From Eledone cirrhosa (Eukaryota): a stretch of DNA of 64,000 bases. Position numbers and translations under genes: made by a program. The notes beneath the pieces were generated by a model that saw nothing but the letters and a program-made list of their open reading frames with translations, did not search any database and was not told where the DNA came from. Position 1 is the first letter of the stretch. Each line of letters starts with the position of its first letter. This document shows, one piece after another, positions 63,997 through 64,000 of this stretch. The stretch spans positions 320,354,001-320,418,000 of the forward strand of contig OZ024740.1 of the NCBI GenBank assembly GCA_964016885.1. The letters are read 5' to 3'.

Positions 63997-64000
63997 TTGC

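Overview
AT-rich, microsatellite- and TE-dense animal genomic DNA; the SINE, RTE and microsatellite make-up suggests an octopus or other cephalopod (inference). One host gene crosses the window on the minus strand. Five coding exons could be joined by hand with GT-AG sites and matching phases (47731-46779, 34357-34228, 15439-15274, 11801-10784, 4950-4836), and the gene continues past the left edge. It encodes a signal-peptide protein with two tandem GPR158/179-like extracellular (Cache-like + EGF-like) modules separated by a polybasic, furin-type linker. The introns and upstream DNA hold an intact Tx1/L1-clade LINE, RTE LINEs, two R4/Dong-like RLE families in (TACA)n arrays, a bipartite RTE-derived non-autonomous element, Penelope-like elements (PLEs), tRNA-derived SINEs, Helitron remnants, a hAT remnant and MITEs. 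The most notable signal not shown by the ORF track is about a dozen type-I hammerhead ribozyme motifs (8 with intact CUGANGA/GAAA boxes). Many lie in fold-back (inverted-repeat) units with no coding capacity, set in (TA)n. All RNA folds and family assignments are by eye, without searches.
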